Shown here: piece by piece, positions 33,429-43,451 of the stretch
Position numbering within the stretch: position 1 is the first letter of the stretch
Layout of the letters: the number at the start of each line of letters is the position of its first letter
Source: an uncultured Candidatus Saccharibacteria bacterium
GTDB taxonomy: Bacteria; Patescibacteriota; Minisyncoccia; Phycocordibacterales; UBA1550
Length of the DNA stretch: 64,000 nucleotides
NCBI GenBank assembly: GCA_964642305.1
Contig: CAZXOE010000002.1
Coordinates: 50,300-114,299 of the forward strand
Reading direction: 5' to 3'
Position numbers and translations under genes: made by a program
Notes under the pieces: generated by a model
What the model was told of the DNA's origin: nothing
Databases searched by the model: none
The model's input: only the letters and a program-made list of their open reading frames with translations

Positions 33429-34016
33429 ATGTCGCATCATATCTACCACACTCGTGGAATTATTTTGAGTAGCTCTGCGGTCGGCGAATCAAACCGCGTT
33501 TATAAAGTTTTTACTGAGGAGCTCGGGCTTATTCTAGGAACGGCACAATCAGTGAGAGAGGGGAAGTCGAAGCTTAGATACACACTCCAAGATTTTTCTA
33601 TTGTGAATGTTGATCTTGTGCGAGGAAAAGAAGTGTGGAGAATAGTGAGCGCAGGTGGGCATCAAACACTAGGCACTATAAAAAAAGACCCTGTTCGACT
33701 AAAACTTTTTGCGAGCTACTCCTTTTTACTGTCGAGACTTCTTCATGGCGAGGGAAGAGATCAAGAACTTTTTGATGAGATAGTACGCGTCGCGGATTTT
33801 ATAGAAAAAACAGCAATTCCACAGGAACTAACATTATCATTTGAAGCACTATCTACTATGCGTGTCCTCGTGCATTTGGGTTATATGGACCAAGAAGGGT
33901 ATGAAAAGTTTTTGAGTAAAAATACATACTCAGTTAGTATTTTGGAAAATTTTGAAAAAATACGCTCAAAAGTTCTTCACAAAATTAACACATCGTTAAG
34001 TGCTTCACATTTGTAG
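33429..34016 (+). CDS. recO: DNA repair protein RecO (short form)
   Basis: N-terminal OB-fold pattern GIILSSSAVGESNRVYKVFTEELGLILGTAQSVREGKSK. Confidence 0.55.
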   Translation: MSHHIYHTRGIILSSSAVGESNRVYKVFTEELGLILGTAQSVREGKSKLRYTLQDFSIVNVDLVRGKEVWRIVSAGGHQTLGTIKKDPVRLKLFASYSFLLSRLLHGEGRDQELFDEIVRVADFIEKTAIPQELTLSFEALSTMRVLVHLGYMDQEGYEKFLSKNTYSVSILENFEKIRSKVLHKINTSLSASHL

Positions 34017-34025
34017 TCGTGATAC

Positions 34026-34130
34026 ACCACCATACCTACTTTTACAAAAAATGAAGTTGTGCCAAGGCATGACCATGGCTTAGTTAGGTCGAATCTATTG
34101 ATTAGGCTATACAAAAAGTATGTGTGGGGG
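34026..34130. repeat. second copy of the 17-bp-arm inverted-repeat element, right arm abutting TACAAT
   Basis: caccaccatacctactttt ... aaaagtatgtgtggggg|tacaat, followed 3 nt later by the ATG at 34140. Confidence 0.45.
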
Positions 34131-34139
34131 TACAATAGA

Positions 34140-36053
34140 ATGATGTCAGATGATGTAAAAAGCAAAATCTCCGAGCTTGAAAAGCAGCTGTACTCAAAGG
34201 ATTTCAAACAACACAGAGTGGGGGATATTTTGCCACATAAAGAAGTTTCAGGTGCGCCGTCGTGGGACGCGAAAGAGGAAGCAATATCCCTCCGTGAAGA
34301 CGAGGTTGCCAGTATAAAACGCCACAATCTTATGAAAAAATTTGTTAAATATTCTATGTGGTTTTTTGCGCTAGCTGTTGGGGTCGCGGTGTTTATTTGG
34401 TGGCGCGGTTCAAATATTATTTCTGGAGACAAACTTCTCATTGATATTGAGTACCCAGTTACAATTTCTGGAGGCGAGCCTTTTGAAACAAAATTTGCGA
34501 TAACAAACAACAATAAAGTCGCAATTGAAGCCTCAACCCTTTTTGTAGAGTATCAAGAAGGTTTTTACTCCGTTCCAGGTAAGGTAGAAATCCCTCATAT
34601 ATCAAAAAATATTGGCATAATTACACCCGGACAATCAATTTCAGAAACTATAAACACAATGCTTTATGGAGAGGAGAATACCAGCAAGGAGGCCCGCGTG
34701 ACTTTTGAATATCGTATGGCTGGCTCAAATGCAACCATTAAAAAAACTACAAGATATGCTATAAAAATTTCTTCGTCGCCTGTTAATCTCAGTCTCTCGA
34801 TGCCAAAAGAAATTAGCTCTGGACAAGACATAGAATTTTCTGTTGATCTTAGTTCAAACAGTAGAGATTCACTAGGAGCGCTTCTTGTTGAAGCCGTATA
34901 TCCGCTTGGATTTAGTTTTCAAAGCGCAACACCAGCTCCAACATACGGAGAAAATGTTTGGCGTGTTTCTGGGTTGTCCCCTCATGAAAAAATAACAATA
35001 AAGATTCGTGGTTATGTAGAGGGGCAGGAGAGTGAAGAAAAGGTAACAAAAGTTTCCGTTGGCACAGAAGACCAGAGAGACGAACGTATTATTGGTATCT
35101 TGTATAATGCGGCTAGCGAGTCAAGCCTAATTGCAAAACCGTTTCTTGAAATTGACATAGCTGTGAACAATAATAGATCGCAGGATAATGTTACATCCTC
35201 AGGGAAAGGTGTTCGTGTTGATGTATTTTGGCAAAATAACAATTCAACAAGAATTACAGATGCTGTCATTGAGGTAAAGCTCAAAGGTGCCGCTCTCAAT
35301 AAATATTCTTTATACGCGTCCGGAGGAGGTTTTTATAGATCATTGGATAATACTATTATTTGGGACAAAATAGGGAATAAGGATCTCGCCATCATAGAGC
35401 CTTCTGCAAGAGGTACAATGAGTTTTAGCTTTTCGCCAATCGCTCTTGGTGTTGGCGCGGAGCATCCTATAAAGAATCCACAAATAATTTTTGAGGTTCG
35501 CGCGCGAGCGAATAGAATTAGTGACGCGAGCTCATCAGAAAACCTGTCTACATTTGTGACGCGTAGTGTAAAATTTGAAACAGATTTGAAGGTTATTGCG
35601 AAAGGATTGTTTTTTTCTGGACCATTTCAAAACATAGGACCAATACCACCGCAGGCTGACAAAGAAACAACCTACACTATCTCCCTAAACGCGCGCAATT
35701 CATCAAACAATGTTTCAAATACAGTTGTAAAGACAACCTTACCTATCTATGTGAAGTGGCTTGGAAAGATTGATCCTCTAGGTGAGGATATAACGTTCAA
35801 TGACAGCACAGGTGAGGTAATATGGAACGTTGGGCGCATACCATCTGGAGGCTTCCGCGACACGTCGTTTCAAATTTCGTTTATTCCTAGTGTGAGCCAT
35901 ATCAATCGCGCGCCACTACTCACTGGTGATATCACTATTTCCGCGATGGACGACTTTACAAAGACCGAGGTTCGAGACAAAAAACCCGCGTTGACCACCT
36001 ATATTTCCGGCGACCCACAATTTAGCCCAAATGACGCAAATGTGGTAAATTAG
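34140..36053 (+). CDS. membrane-anchored extracellular protein, unknown function
   Basis: Coiled-coil N-terminus, one TM (FALAVGVAVFIWW), and a large predicted beta-rich ectodomain. The ORF track begins at a GTG at 34059. Confidence 0.5.
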   Translation: MMSDDVKSKISELEKQLYSKDFKQHRVGDILPHKEVSGAPSWDAKEEAISLREDEVASIKRHNLMKKFVKYSMWFFALAVGVAVFIWWRGSNIISGDKLLIDIEYPVTISGGEPFETKFAITNNNKVAIEASTLFVEYQEGFYSVPGKVEIPHISKNIGIITPGQSISETINTMLYGEENTSKEARVTFEYRMAGSNATIKKTTRYAIKISSSPVNLSLSMPKEISSGQDIEFSVDLSSNSRDSLGALLVEAVYPLGFSFQSATPAPTYGENVWRVSGLSPHEKITIKIRGYVEGQESEEKVTKVSVGTEDQRDERIIGILYNAASESSLIAKPFLEIDIAVNNNRSQDNVTSSGKGVRVDVFWQNNNSTRITDAVIEVKLKGAALNKYSLYASGGGFYRSLDNTIIWDKIGNKDLAIIEPSARGTMSFSFSPIALGVGAEHPIKNPQIIFEVRARANRISDASSSENLSTFVTRSVKFETDLKVIAKGLFFSGPFQNIGPIPPQADKETTYTISLNARNSSNNVSNTVVKTTLPIYVKWLGKIDPLGEDITFNDSTGEVIWNVGRIPSGGFRDTSFQISFIPSVSHINRAPLLTGDITISAMDDFTKTEVRDKKPALTTYISGDPQFSPNDANVVN

Positions 36054-36060
36054 GGATTAT

Positions 36061-37479
36061 ATGGAAAAGAGCTCAGCGGACATTATGGAAAAGATTACGT
36101 CGCTTTCCAAGCGGAGAGGCTTCGTGTACCCATCATCAGAAATATACGGTGGCGTTGCGGGTGTATATGACTACGGACACTACGGCGCGCTACTCAAAGA
36201 AAATATAAAGAACGAATGGTGGAAACATATGATCCAGCTTCGCGACGATGTGTATGGTTTGGATAGCGCTATTTTTATGCACCCACAAGCATGGGTAGCC
36301 TCGGGCCACGTGGGAGGTTTTAACGACCCACAAGTAGATTGCAGAAACTGCAAGTCTCGTTTCCGTGCAGACCATATTCTTGAAGGATTTGGAATTGTTG
36401 CTGACAAGATGCCTATTGATTTTTTGAACACCGAGCTCGACAAACTTCGCGCTGAGAAAAAACTCGTATGCGCAAAGTGTGGGTCTGCTGACCTTACTCC
36501 AGCAAAGTCATTTTCAATGATGGTTAAATCAAATCTTGGTTCGCCTGTGGATATTTTGACAGAAGAAAATGTAATCTATTTACGCCCAGAGACATGCGGG
36601 GGTATTTATTTGGAATACAAAAACACTCTGGACTCTCTACACCCTAAACTTCCATTTGGTATCGCTCAGGTAGGTAAAGCTTTTCGTAATGAAATCGCTG
36701 CGCGCCAATATATTTTTAGGACGCGTGAGTTTGAACAGTTGGAAATGCAATATTTTCATAATCCAGCACAGACTAAGGAGCTGTATGAAATGTGGAAGGA
36801 AATCCGCTGGCAGTGGTTTTTATCGCTCGGTATTCCAGCAGAAAAAATTCGATGGTACAAACACGAAAAACTCGCGCACTATGCGAGCGACGCTTACGAC
36901 ATTGAATACGCGTACGGTTTCTTTGGAGGTGATTTCAAGGAGGTAGAAGGTATACACGCGCGAGGAGATTGGGACTTATCACAGCACTCAAAGTTTTCAG
37001 GCGTTCCATTAGACTATTTTGATGAAGAAACAAAGACGAGATTTACCCCACACATTATGGAAACGTCAGTTGGACTCGGGCGATTGTTCCTCATGTTTAT
37101 GGACAACGCATACACCGAAGTTGGTGAGGGTGAAGACTTGAGAGTATTTTTGAAATTCCCTCCAAAGCTCGCACCTATCAAATGTGCCGTATTCCCACTT
37201 CTTAAAAATAAGCCTGAACTCGTAGAAAAAGCCCGCGAAGTTTTTGCTATGCTTCGCACTGAATTTATGTGTGAGTTTGACGACAACGGCAACGTAGGTA
37301 AGCGTTATCGTCGTCAGGACGAGATAGGCACACCATTCTGTGTAACTATAGATTTTGACACACTTGGCGAAACTCCAGAGCACAAAGACACCGTCACCGT
37401 CCGCGACCGTGATACGGGAGAGCAAAAACGCCTTCCTATAGCAGATTTGACAAATTACATCAAATCTGCTATACTTTAA
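36061..37479 (+). CDS. glyQS: glycyl-tRNA synthetase (alpha2 dimeric, class II)
   Basis: N-terminus RRGFVYPSSEIYGGVAGVYDYGHYG is the eukaryote/archaeal-like GlyRS signature. Confidence 0.85.
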   Translation: MEKSSADIMEKITSLSKRRGFVYPSSEIYGGVAGVYDYGHYGALLKENIKNEWWKHMIQLRDDVYGLDSAIFMHPQAWVASGHVGGFNDPQVDCRNCKSRFRADHILEGFGIVADKMPIDFLNTELDKLRAEKKLVCAKCGSADLTPAKSFSMMVKSNLGSPVDILTEENVIYLRPETCGGIYLEYKNTLDSLHPKLPFGIAQVGKAFRNEIAARQYIFRTREFEQLEMQYFHNPAQTKELYEMWKEIRWQWFLSLGIPAEKIRWYKHEKLAHYASDAYDIEYAYGFFGGDFKEVEGIHARGDWDLSQHSKFSGVPLDYFDEETKTRFTPHIMETSVGLGRLFLMFMDNAYTEVGEGEDLRVFLKFPPKLAPIKCAVFPLLKNKPELVEKAREVFAMLRTEFMCEFDDNGNVGKRYRRQDEIGTPFCVTIDFDTLGETPEHKDTVTVRDRDTGEQKRLPIADLTNYIKSAIL

Positions 37480-37532
37480 GTAGTTTCAAATTTGGCAATT
37501 TTGCCAACTTTTTGATGAGATAAGGAGAATGA

Positions 37533-37685
37533 TATGGCATATAATGACTGGAGAATAAAGCCAGTGATTATTGGCTTTATTTTGGGCACAGGATTTCTTC
37601 GGTTTGCTGGATTTAGCTGGGAGGCATCGTTAGTCCTCGCTTCGGGGATTTGTTACCTTGCATTGATGATTGAAGAAGCACCATG
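37533..37685 (+). CDS. possible 50-aa small membrane protein
   Basis: ATG...TGA read directly (MAYNDWRIKPVIIGFILGTGFLRFAGFSW...). It is below the 60-aa ORF-track cutoff. Confidence 0.25.
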
Positions 37686-37699
37686 AATTGTTTGAGAGC

Positions 37700-37784
37700 A
37701 AAAGGCTGTCCTGCGATGGCCTTTTTTCTTTTCCACAACTGTCACCTAAGAGACGATATAGCGCCTCTTAGGTGACAGTTGGGT
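37700..37784 (+). terminator. two tandem intrinsic terminators
   Basis: aaggc-tgtcctgcgatg-gcctt+TTTTTT, then caactgtcacctaagag-(12-nt loop)-ctcttaggtgacagttg+TTTTTTT. Confidence 0.65.
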
Positions 37785-37824
37785 TTTTTTGTTTGTTGGG
37801 TGAGGTTTATGCTACACTGCCCAC

Positions 37825-39093
37825 ATGAAATTCAAGAAAAAAGTATTACCTAATGGCCTCCGTATGCTCGCGGTGCCGATGGTGGACAACCCCACCGTGA
37901 CCGTACTTGTCCTCGTTGAAGCTGGATCAAAGTACGAATCAAAAGATAAAAACGGACTCTCGCATTTTCTGGAACACATGTGTTTCAAGGGCACTACCAC
38001 TCGCCCAAACACAAGCGACCTTGCAAAAGAGCTGGACACGCTCGGATGCGAGTTTAATGCATTCACCGGGCAGGAGTTCACTGGATACTATGCAAAAGGA
38101 AAGGCGGGAGATTTTCCAAAACTTATTGATATTATTTCTGATCTCTATCTAAATCCACTTCTCAAAGAAGATGAGATTGAAAAAGAAAAGGGCGTGATTG
38201 TGGATGAGATAAATATGTATGACGATATGCCGATGCAAAAAGTACATGAGGTGTGGATGAACCTTTTGTATGGCGACCAACCAGCAGGATGGCCACTAGC
38301 AGGACCTCGCGAGATTGTGCGCGGAATGACACGAAAGGATTTTGTGAATTACCGCAAACTGCACTATGTAGCAGAGGCAACCACAGTGATTATTTCTGGC
38401 AATGTGGAGGCCAGCAGAGCATTTAAGGAAATTGCAAAAAGTTTCAAGGGAATTACTGAGAGTAAAAAAGGTGGCAAGAAAAAAACGCGCGACACGCAGT
38501 CGGGTCCGCAAGTCGCGCTAAAAAATAAGGATACAGATCAAACACATTTTATTTTAGGAGTAAGGTCGTTCCCAACTTATGATAAAAGAAATCCAATTCT
38601 CTCTGTACTAGGCGGAGTACTAGGGAGCGGAATGTCCTCACGATTATTTCGTAAAATTCGCGATGAGATGGGGGTAGGGTACTATGTGCGCGCTGGCAAC
38701 AGCACTTCAACAGACAGCGGGTATTTTGCAGTTTCGGCAGGGGTGGCAAACGAGCGCCTTCCGGAGGTTCTGCTCGCGGTGATAAACGAACTCAATGAAC
38801 TAAAAACCAATCTTGTTTCAGATGAGGAGCTATCAAAAGTGAAAGAGCATATTATTGGAATGATGTATCTTGGGCTTGAGTCGTCCGATGACCTTGCGGA
38901 ATACTATGGTACCCAGGAGGTGATGCGTCGTGAAATGCGTACCCCAAAAGAGCGCGAGAAGATTATTCGTTCTGTAACAGCGGATGATGTGCGAAAAATG
39001 GCGCGCAAGATTTTTGTGGACAAGAATCTTAACCTCGCGCTTATTGGACCTACAAAAGATGACGCGTCATTGAAAGCGCTTCTTAAATTTTAG
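37825..39093 (+). CDS. M16-family (pitrilysin/insulinase-like) zinc peptidase
   Basis: Inverted zinc motif HFLEHMCFKGT (HxxEH). Confidence 0.75.
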   Translation: MKFKKKVLPNGLRMLAVPMVDNPTVTVLVLVEAGSKYESKDKNGLSHFLEHMCFKGTTTRPNTSDLAKELDTLGCEFNAFTGQEFTGYYAKGKAGDFPKLIDIISDLYLNPLLKEDEIEKEKGVIVDEINMYDDMPMQKVHEVWMNLLYGDQPAGWPLAGPREIVRGMTRKDFVNYRKLHYVAEATTVIISGNVEASRAFKEIAKSFKGITESKKGGKKKTRDTQSGPQVALKNKDTDQTHFILGVRSFPTYDKRNPILSVLGGVLGSGMSSRLFRKIRDEMGVGYYVRAGNSTSTDSGYFAVSAGVANERLPEVLLAVINELNELKTNLVSDEELSKVKEHIIGMMYLGLESSDDLAEYYGTQEVMRREMRTPKEREKIIRSVTADDVRKMARKIFVDKNLNLALIGPTKDDASLKALLKF

Positions 39094-39117
39094 ACACCTC
39101 TGTGCTATGATGTTTAT

Positions 39118-40188
39118 ATGAAAAAGCCCGAAAAGGACACAGTTATTTCCATCACAGCAGGAACCATTGTAAAAGGCCTCGCTATACTCGTGGGTGCGTG
39201 GGTTTTGTGGGTCTTGCGTGACCTTGTGATGATTGTTGTAACATCAGTCATCCTAGCTTCCTCTATTGAACCAGGAATCAAATTCCTTTCCCGTTTTCGT
39301 GTACACCGTATTCCAGCGGTGCTTCTTACTTACCTTGCAACTGCCGGTTTATTTTTCGGGCTTATTCTTGGTTTCGTACCCCCAATTGTAAATGAAGCGT
39401 CTGACATCACTCAAAAACTTCCTAGTATGATACAGGCTGTTGATAAGAATATTCTTGGAGATAAAAATATTTTATCTAATGTATTTTGGGGCGACAACAA
39501 AGCAACAGCCTCCTCTGTAAATCCATCTATTGAAGATTTGTTTGGGAGAATTTCTGGAGTAAATTCGGCATCACAAAATGTGCTTGGCGCGGCTGGAGCA
39601 ATATTTGGTGGAGTATTTAGTTTTATTCTCATAGTCATCCTTTCTTTTTATTTTGCTATGCAAGAGCGCGGTATTGAGAATTTTTTAAGAATTATAATTC
39701 CATTTGGAAAAGAAGAGTACGCGATAAATCTTTGGGAGCGCTCAAAAGCAAAAATTGGAAAGTGGATGCAGGGGCAACTTCTTCTTGGTGTGCTAATTTT
39801 CGTGCTTGTGTATTTAGGTCTCACCATATTCGGTGTTCCATACGCTATGTCTCTCGCACTTCTAGCGGGTCTCTTGGAAATTATTCCAGTCTTCGGGCCA
39901 ATCCTCGCTGCGATCCCTGGTGTTATCCTTGCCTTTACTGTTGGTGGCACCACCCTCGCGGCAATTGTCACAGGTTTCTATGTCCTCGTTCAGCAGTTTG
40001 AAAGTCACCTTATTTACCCACTCGTAGTGCGAAAGGTCGTTGGTGTTCCCCCAATTCTTGTTATTCTCGCGCTTATTATTGGAGCCAAGCTCGGAGGGTT
40101 CCTAGGTATTCTTATCTCAGTGCCTGTCGCCGCAGCTATTATGGAGCTCGTTGAGGACATAGAGAGAGAAAAAGGTATGATTGTTTAA
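39118..40188 (+). CDS. AI-2E family transporter (PerM/UPF0118)
   Basis: ~8 TM. C-terminal VQQFESHLIYPLVV...ISVPVAAAI is the typical AI-2E family pattern. Confidence 0.6.
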   Translation: MKKPEKDTVISITAGTIVKGLAILVGAWVLWVLRDLVMIVVTSVILASSIEPGIKFLSRFRVHRIPAVLLTYLATAGLFFGLILGFVPPIVNEASDITQKLPSMIQAVDKNILGDKNILSNVFWGDNKATASSVNPSIEDLFGRISGVNSASQNVLGAAGAIFGGVFSFILIVILSFYFAMQERGIENFLRIIIPFGKEEYAINLWERSKAKIGKWMQGQLLLGVLIFVLVYLGLTIFGVPYAMSLALLAGLLEIIPVFGPILAAIPGVILAFTVGGTTLAAIVTGFYVLVQQFESHLIYPLVVRKVVGVPPILVILALIIGAKLGGFLGILISVPVAAAIMELVEDIEREKGMIV

Positions 40189-40209
40189 ATTGCAGTCGTG
40201 GTTACTTGT

Positions 40210-40327
40210 CCCGTTAGAGATAACTCAGTTATGTTTTCGGCGATAATGGGATATACTGAGATTACTATTATTAGAAGTTAAATATAATTAAGATAAGGAA
40301 ATTTAATAATTTCCTATCGCTAACGGG
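40210..40327 (+). mobile_element. TIR mini-element copy 3 (CCCGTTAGAGATA...TATCGCTAACGGG), ORF-less deletion derivative
   Basis: Left end shares cccgttagaga..ctcagttatg with copy 2. Right end shares ggaaatttaataatttcctaNNNctaacggg with copy 1. It abuts the metG ATG. Confidence 0.5.
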
Positions 40328-41896
40328 ATGACAGAAAAAAAATTCTACATCACTACGCCTATTTTTTACGCGAATGCGGAGCTCCATTTAGGGCACACAT
40401 ATACGCTTGTTTTGTCAGACGTTTTAGCGCGATATCATCGCTTTGTAGGAGACAATACTTTTTTCCTAACAGGCTCCGATGAGCATGGCGACAAAATTGT
40501 GCGTTCTGCGCAAAAGGAAGGCATGGGGCCTCAGGCGTTTGTAAATATAAATGTCGCAAAAATGGAGGTGCTTATTCAGGAGCTTGGTATATCAAATGAT
40601 CTATTTATTCGCACCTCCGATCAAGAGCATCATTGGTCAGGAGCAAAGAAGCTGTGGCACGCGCTTGAGGAAGCTGGTGATATTTACAGGGGCACATACA
40701 AAGGGCTTTACTGTGTTGGGTGCGAGGCATTCATTACCGAAAAAGAATTAGTGAGTGGCAAATGTCCTTTGCATGACGCTCCACCAGAGCATATTGAAGA
40801 AGAAAATTATTTTTTCAAACTTTCAAAATATGGCCCTGAAATAAAACGATTACTTGAAAGTGGAGAATTAAAAATTACTCCCCATTCACGAGTAAATGAA
40901 ATAGTTTCACTCATCTCTGGTGCGAACGGAGAGAGTGCTTTGGTAGATGTGAGTATCTCTCGCCCAGAGCGCGCGATACCGTGGGGGATACCTGCGCCAA
41001 GTGACCCAACACAGCTAATGTATGTGTGGTGCGACGCGCTTTCAAACTACATTTCTGCTCTTGGCTACGGTACAGACAATGATGAAAATTTCAAAACTTT
41101 TTGGCCAGCGGATATTCAGGTGTTGGGCAAAGACATACTTCGTTTCCACGCGCTCCTTTGGCCAGCATTTTTATTGTCAGCGAAGATTCCGCTACCACGC
41201 GAGCTTTTGGTCCATGGGTTTGTCAATTCAGGAGGGAAGAAGATGTCTAAGTCCTTGGGTAACGTGTTGAGTCCGGGTGAATTTATTTCAGAGTATGGCA
41301 GGGACGCGCTTCGGTATTACCTTACGAGAGAGGTAACTCCCGTGGATGATTGGGATTTAACCCGAGAAAAATTTAAAGAAGTTTACAATGCAAACCTGGC
41401 AAATGGCTTGGGGAACCTTGTATCACGCACTTTAAAAATGGCTGAATCGTATTTTGGAGGAGTGGTAAAAGGTGACGCGACACGTGTACCTCCTATTAAA
41501 ACAAAAATGTCCGATGTGGAAACGTTTGATGAAATTGCAGGTATTAATATTCCATATATTATTACAAATGACATTTTGCCACGTTACCATAAACATATGA
41601 GCGCGAATGAGATAAATAGAGCAGCGGACGTAATTTGGGAGCTCATTGGGCATCTAGATCAATTTGTTACAGATTATGAGCCATTTAAGCTTGTGAAGAC
41701 AGACAAGGAGTCTGCGGAGGCTGTAATTTGGTGTCTTTTGTACGGACTTCGCGAGGTTGGCCAAATGCTTACGCCAATGATGCCAGATACAGCGCAAAGG
41801 ATTATAACGCTTGTTGGCGCATCCGATGTCAAGGCTGATGAAATGGTCTTTAATGCAAAAGCACTCACCGAACCGCTTTTTATGCGCAAAGAGTAG
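40328..41896 (+). CDS. metG: methionyl-tRNA synthetase
   Basis: HIGH motif (ELHLGHTY) and KMSKS. Confidence 0.9.
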   Translation: MTEKKFYITTPIFYANAELHLGHTYTLVLSDVLARYHRFVGDNTFFLTGSDEHGDKIVRSAQKEGMGPQAFVNINVAKMEVLIQELGISNDLFIRTSDQEHHWSGAKKLWHALEEAGDIYRGTYKGLYCVGCEAFITEKELVSGKCPLHDAPPEHIEEENYFFKLSKYGPEIKRLLESGELKITPHSRVNEIVSLISGANGESALVDVSISRPERAIPWGIPAPSDPTQLMYVWCDALSNYISALGYGTDNDENFKTFWPADIQVLGKDILRFHALLWPAFLLSAKIPLPRELLVHGFVNSGGKKMSKSLGNVLSPGEFISEYGRDALRYYLTREVTPVDDWDLTREKFKEVYNANLANGLGNLVSRTLKMAESYFGGVVKGDATRVPPIKTKMSDVETFDEIAGINIPYIITNDILPRYHKHMSANEINRAADVIWELIGHLDQFVTDYEPFKLVKTDKESAEAVIWCLLYGLREVGQMLTPMMPDTAQRIITLVGASDVKADEMVFNAKALTEPLFMRKE

Positions 41897-42019
41897 TTTG
41901 CCTATTCTTTTTGTCGTTGCGAGGCACGAAGCAATCTACGGGTTAATTCTGGCTTGCTTCTGAACTAGCAAGTTCACGTCTTGGACGCAACCCACGCAAT
42001 GACAGGAATTAAAAACACC

Positions 42020-42844
42020 ATGCTTCCACAATACTTCGACATCCATGCGCACGTAAATGACGAGCGTTTTAGTGAGGACAGGATTGAAGTGCTTGAGCGA
42101 ATGCGCGAGCACGGAGTTTTTGCTATTATTGTCGGCACAGATTATCAAAGCTCGCAAGAAGCCGCCAACATTGCTTCATTTGTGGAGGACGGTGTGTATG
42201 CCTCTATTGGTGTTCATCCGATTGACGACAGAAATGAAAAATTTCGTGAGCCGTTTTTTGCAGAGCTCTCAGTTGGGCCGCGCGTGGTGGCGGTGGGGGA
42301 ATGTGGCCTCGACTATTCACGCCTAGCAGATGTTTCTGATGTTGCTCTTGAAAAAGCGCGCCAGAAAAAACTTTTTGAAGAACAAATAGATTTTGCTTTG
42401 GCGAGAAATTTACCACTGATGATTCACTGTCGCGATAGCGACAAGGCTCTTGCTGATGCGCACCGCGATGTGCTCGCGCTACTGAAAACAAAGAAAAATA
42501 TAGTGGCGGGGCGTCTTCGCGGGAACATACATTTTTTTTCGCAGACTATTGATATTGCCCGCGAATATTTTGCTCTTGATTTTACAATTTCAATCACCGG
42601 CGTTATCACATTTTCTAATGAGTATGATGAAGTAGTGCGTTTGTCGCCACTTGATAAAATAATGTCCGAGACAGACTGCCCATATGTGGCGCCTGTGCCA
42701 TACCGTGGAAAAAGAAACGAGCCTATTTATGTGGAGGAAATTGTAAAAAGAATAGCAGAGATTCGTGGTGAGGATTTTGAAACCGTGCGTTCTGCTCTTG
42801 TCCAAAACGCTCTCCGTGTTTTTAACATTACACCACACATCTAA
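42020..42844 (+). CDS. tatD: TatD-family metal-dependent hydrolase/DNase
   Basis: FDIHAH N-terminal metal-binding motif. 275 aa. Confidence 0.75.
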   Translation: MLPQYFDIHAHVNDERFSEDRIEVLERMREHGVFAIIVGTDYQSSQEAANIASFVEDGVYASIGVHPIDDRNEKFREPFFAELSVGPRVVAVGECGLDYSRLADVSDVALEKARQKKLFEEQIDFALARNLPLMIHCRDSDKALADAHRDVLALLKTKKNIVAGRLRGNIHFFSQTIDIAREYFALDFTISITGVITFSNEYDEVVRLSPLDKIMSETDCPYVAPVPYRGKRNEPIYVEEIVKRIAEIRGEDFETVRSALVQNALRVFNITPHI

Positions 42845-42976
42845 TCTAGGAGCTTCCAGAAGTCATTCTGCTGAACGAGGACCGCCCTTTCTAAAGAGTT
42901 TTTGACTTTCTACCCCCTCTCTGGTAGGATACGCAAGTTACTAGGTTAACGGGGGGAACCCCAAAAAATTGAAAAT

Positions 42977-43447
42977 ATGAATCATCAAGAACACACGGAG
43001 CCTCGCATTTACGAGCTAGGCTACCATCTCGTTCCAACGCTATCTGAGGAGCAAATTCCAGGAGTGTCGGGAGCCGTGCGTGGTATGATTGAACGGATTT
43101 CCAAGGACATCATTGCCGAGGAATTACCCGTATTCATCGACCTCGCCTACACTATTGTAAAAACAGTAGACCATAAAAATAAGCGTTTTGACGAAGCTTA
43201 TTTTGGATGGGTTAAGTTTGAAGGATCTCCAGCAGGAATAGCAGAGCTTGAGGAAGGACTCAAAAAGGACGAAAATGTCCTTCGTTATCTCATTGTAAAG
43301 ACTATTCGCGAGAATACATTTATTGCGAAGAAATTTACTGGAGCAAAAGTAAAAGAAGTCGCAGAGGAGCCAGTCGCAGAGGAGCCTGTAGTGGAAGCTC
43401 AGTCTGAGGAAGTACTGGACAAGGCTATTGAAGAATTGGTAAAATAA
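42977..43447 (+). CDS. rpsF: 30S ribosomal protein S6 (with an acidic C-terminal tail)
   Basis: IYELGYHLVP..MIERI and the rpsF-ssb-rpsR context. Confidence 0.8.
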   Translation: MNHQEHTEPRIYELGYHLVPTLSEEQIPGVSGAVRGMIERISKDIIAEELPVFIDLAYTIVKTVDHKNKRFDEAYFGWVKFEGSPAGIAELEEGLKKDENVLRYLIVKTIRENTFIAKKFTGAKVKEVAEEPVAEEPVVEAQSEEVLDKAIEELVK

Positions 43448-43451
43448 GATC

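Noticed and set aside
34059-34139. N-terminal 27 codons of ORF 34059..36053 (GTG start)
   Set aside because: They read through the inverted-repeat element and the TACAAT box. The ATG at 34140, 3 nt after the -10, is the more plausible leaderless start.
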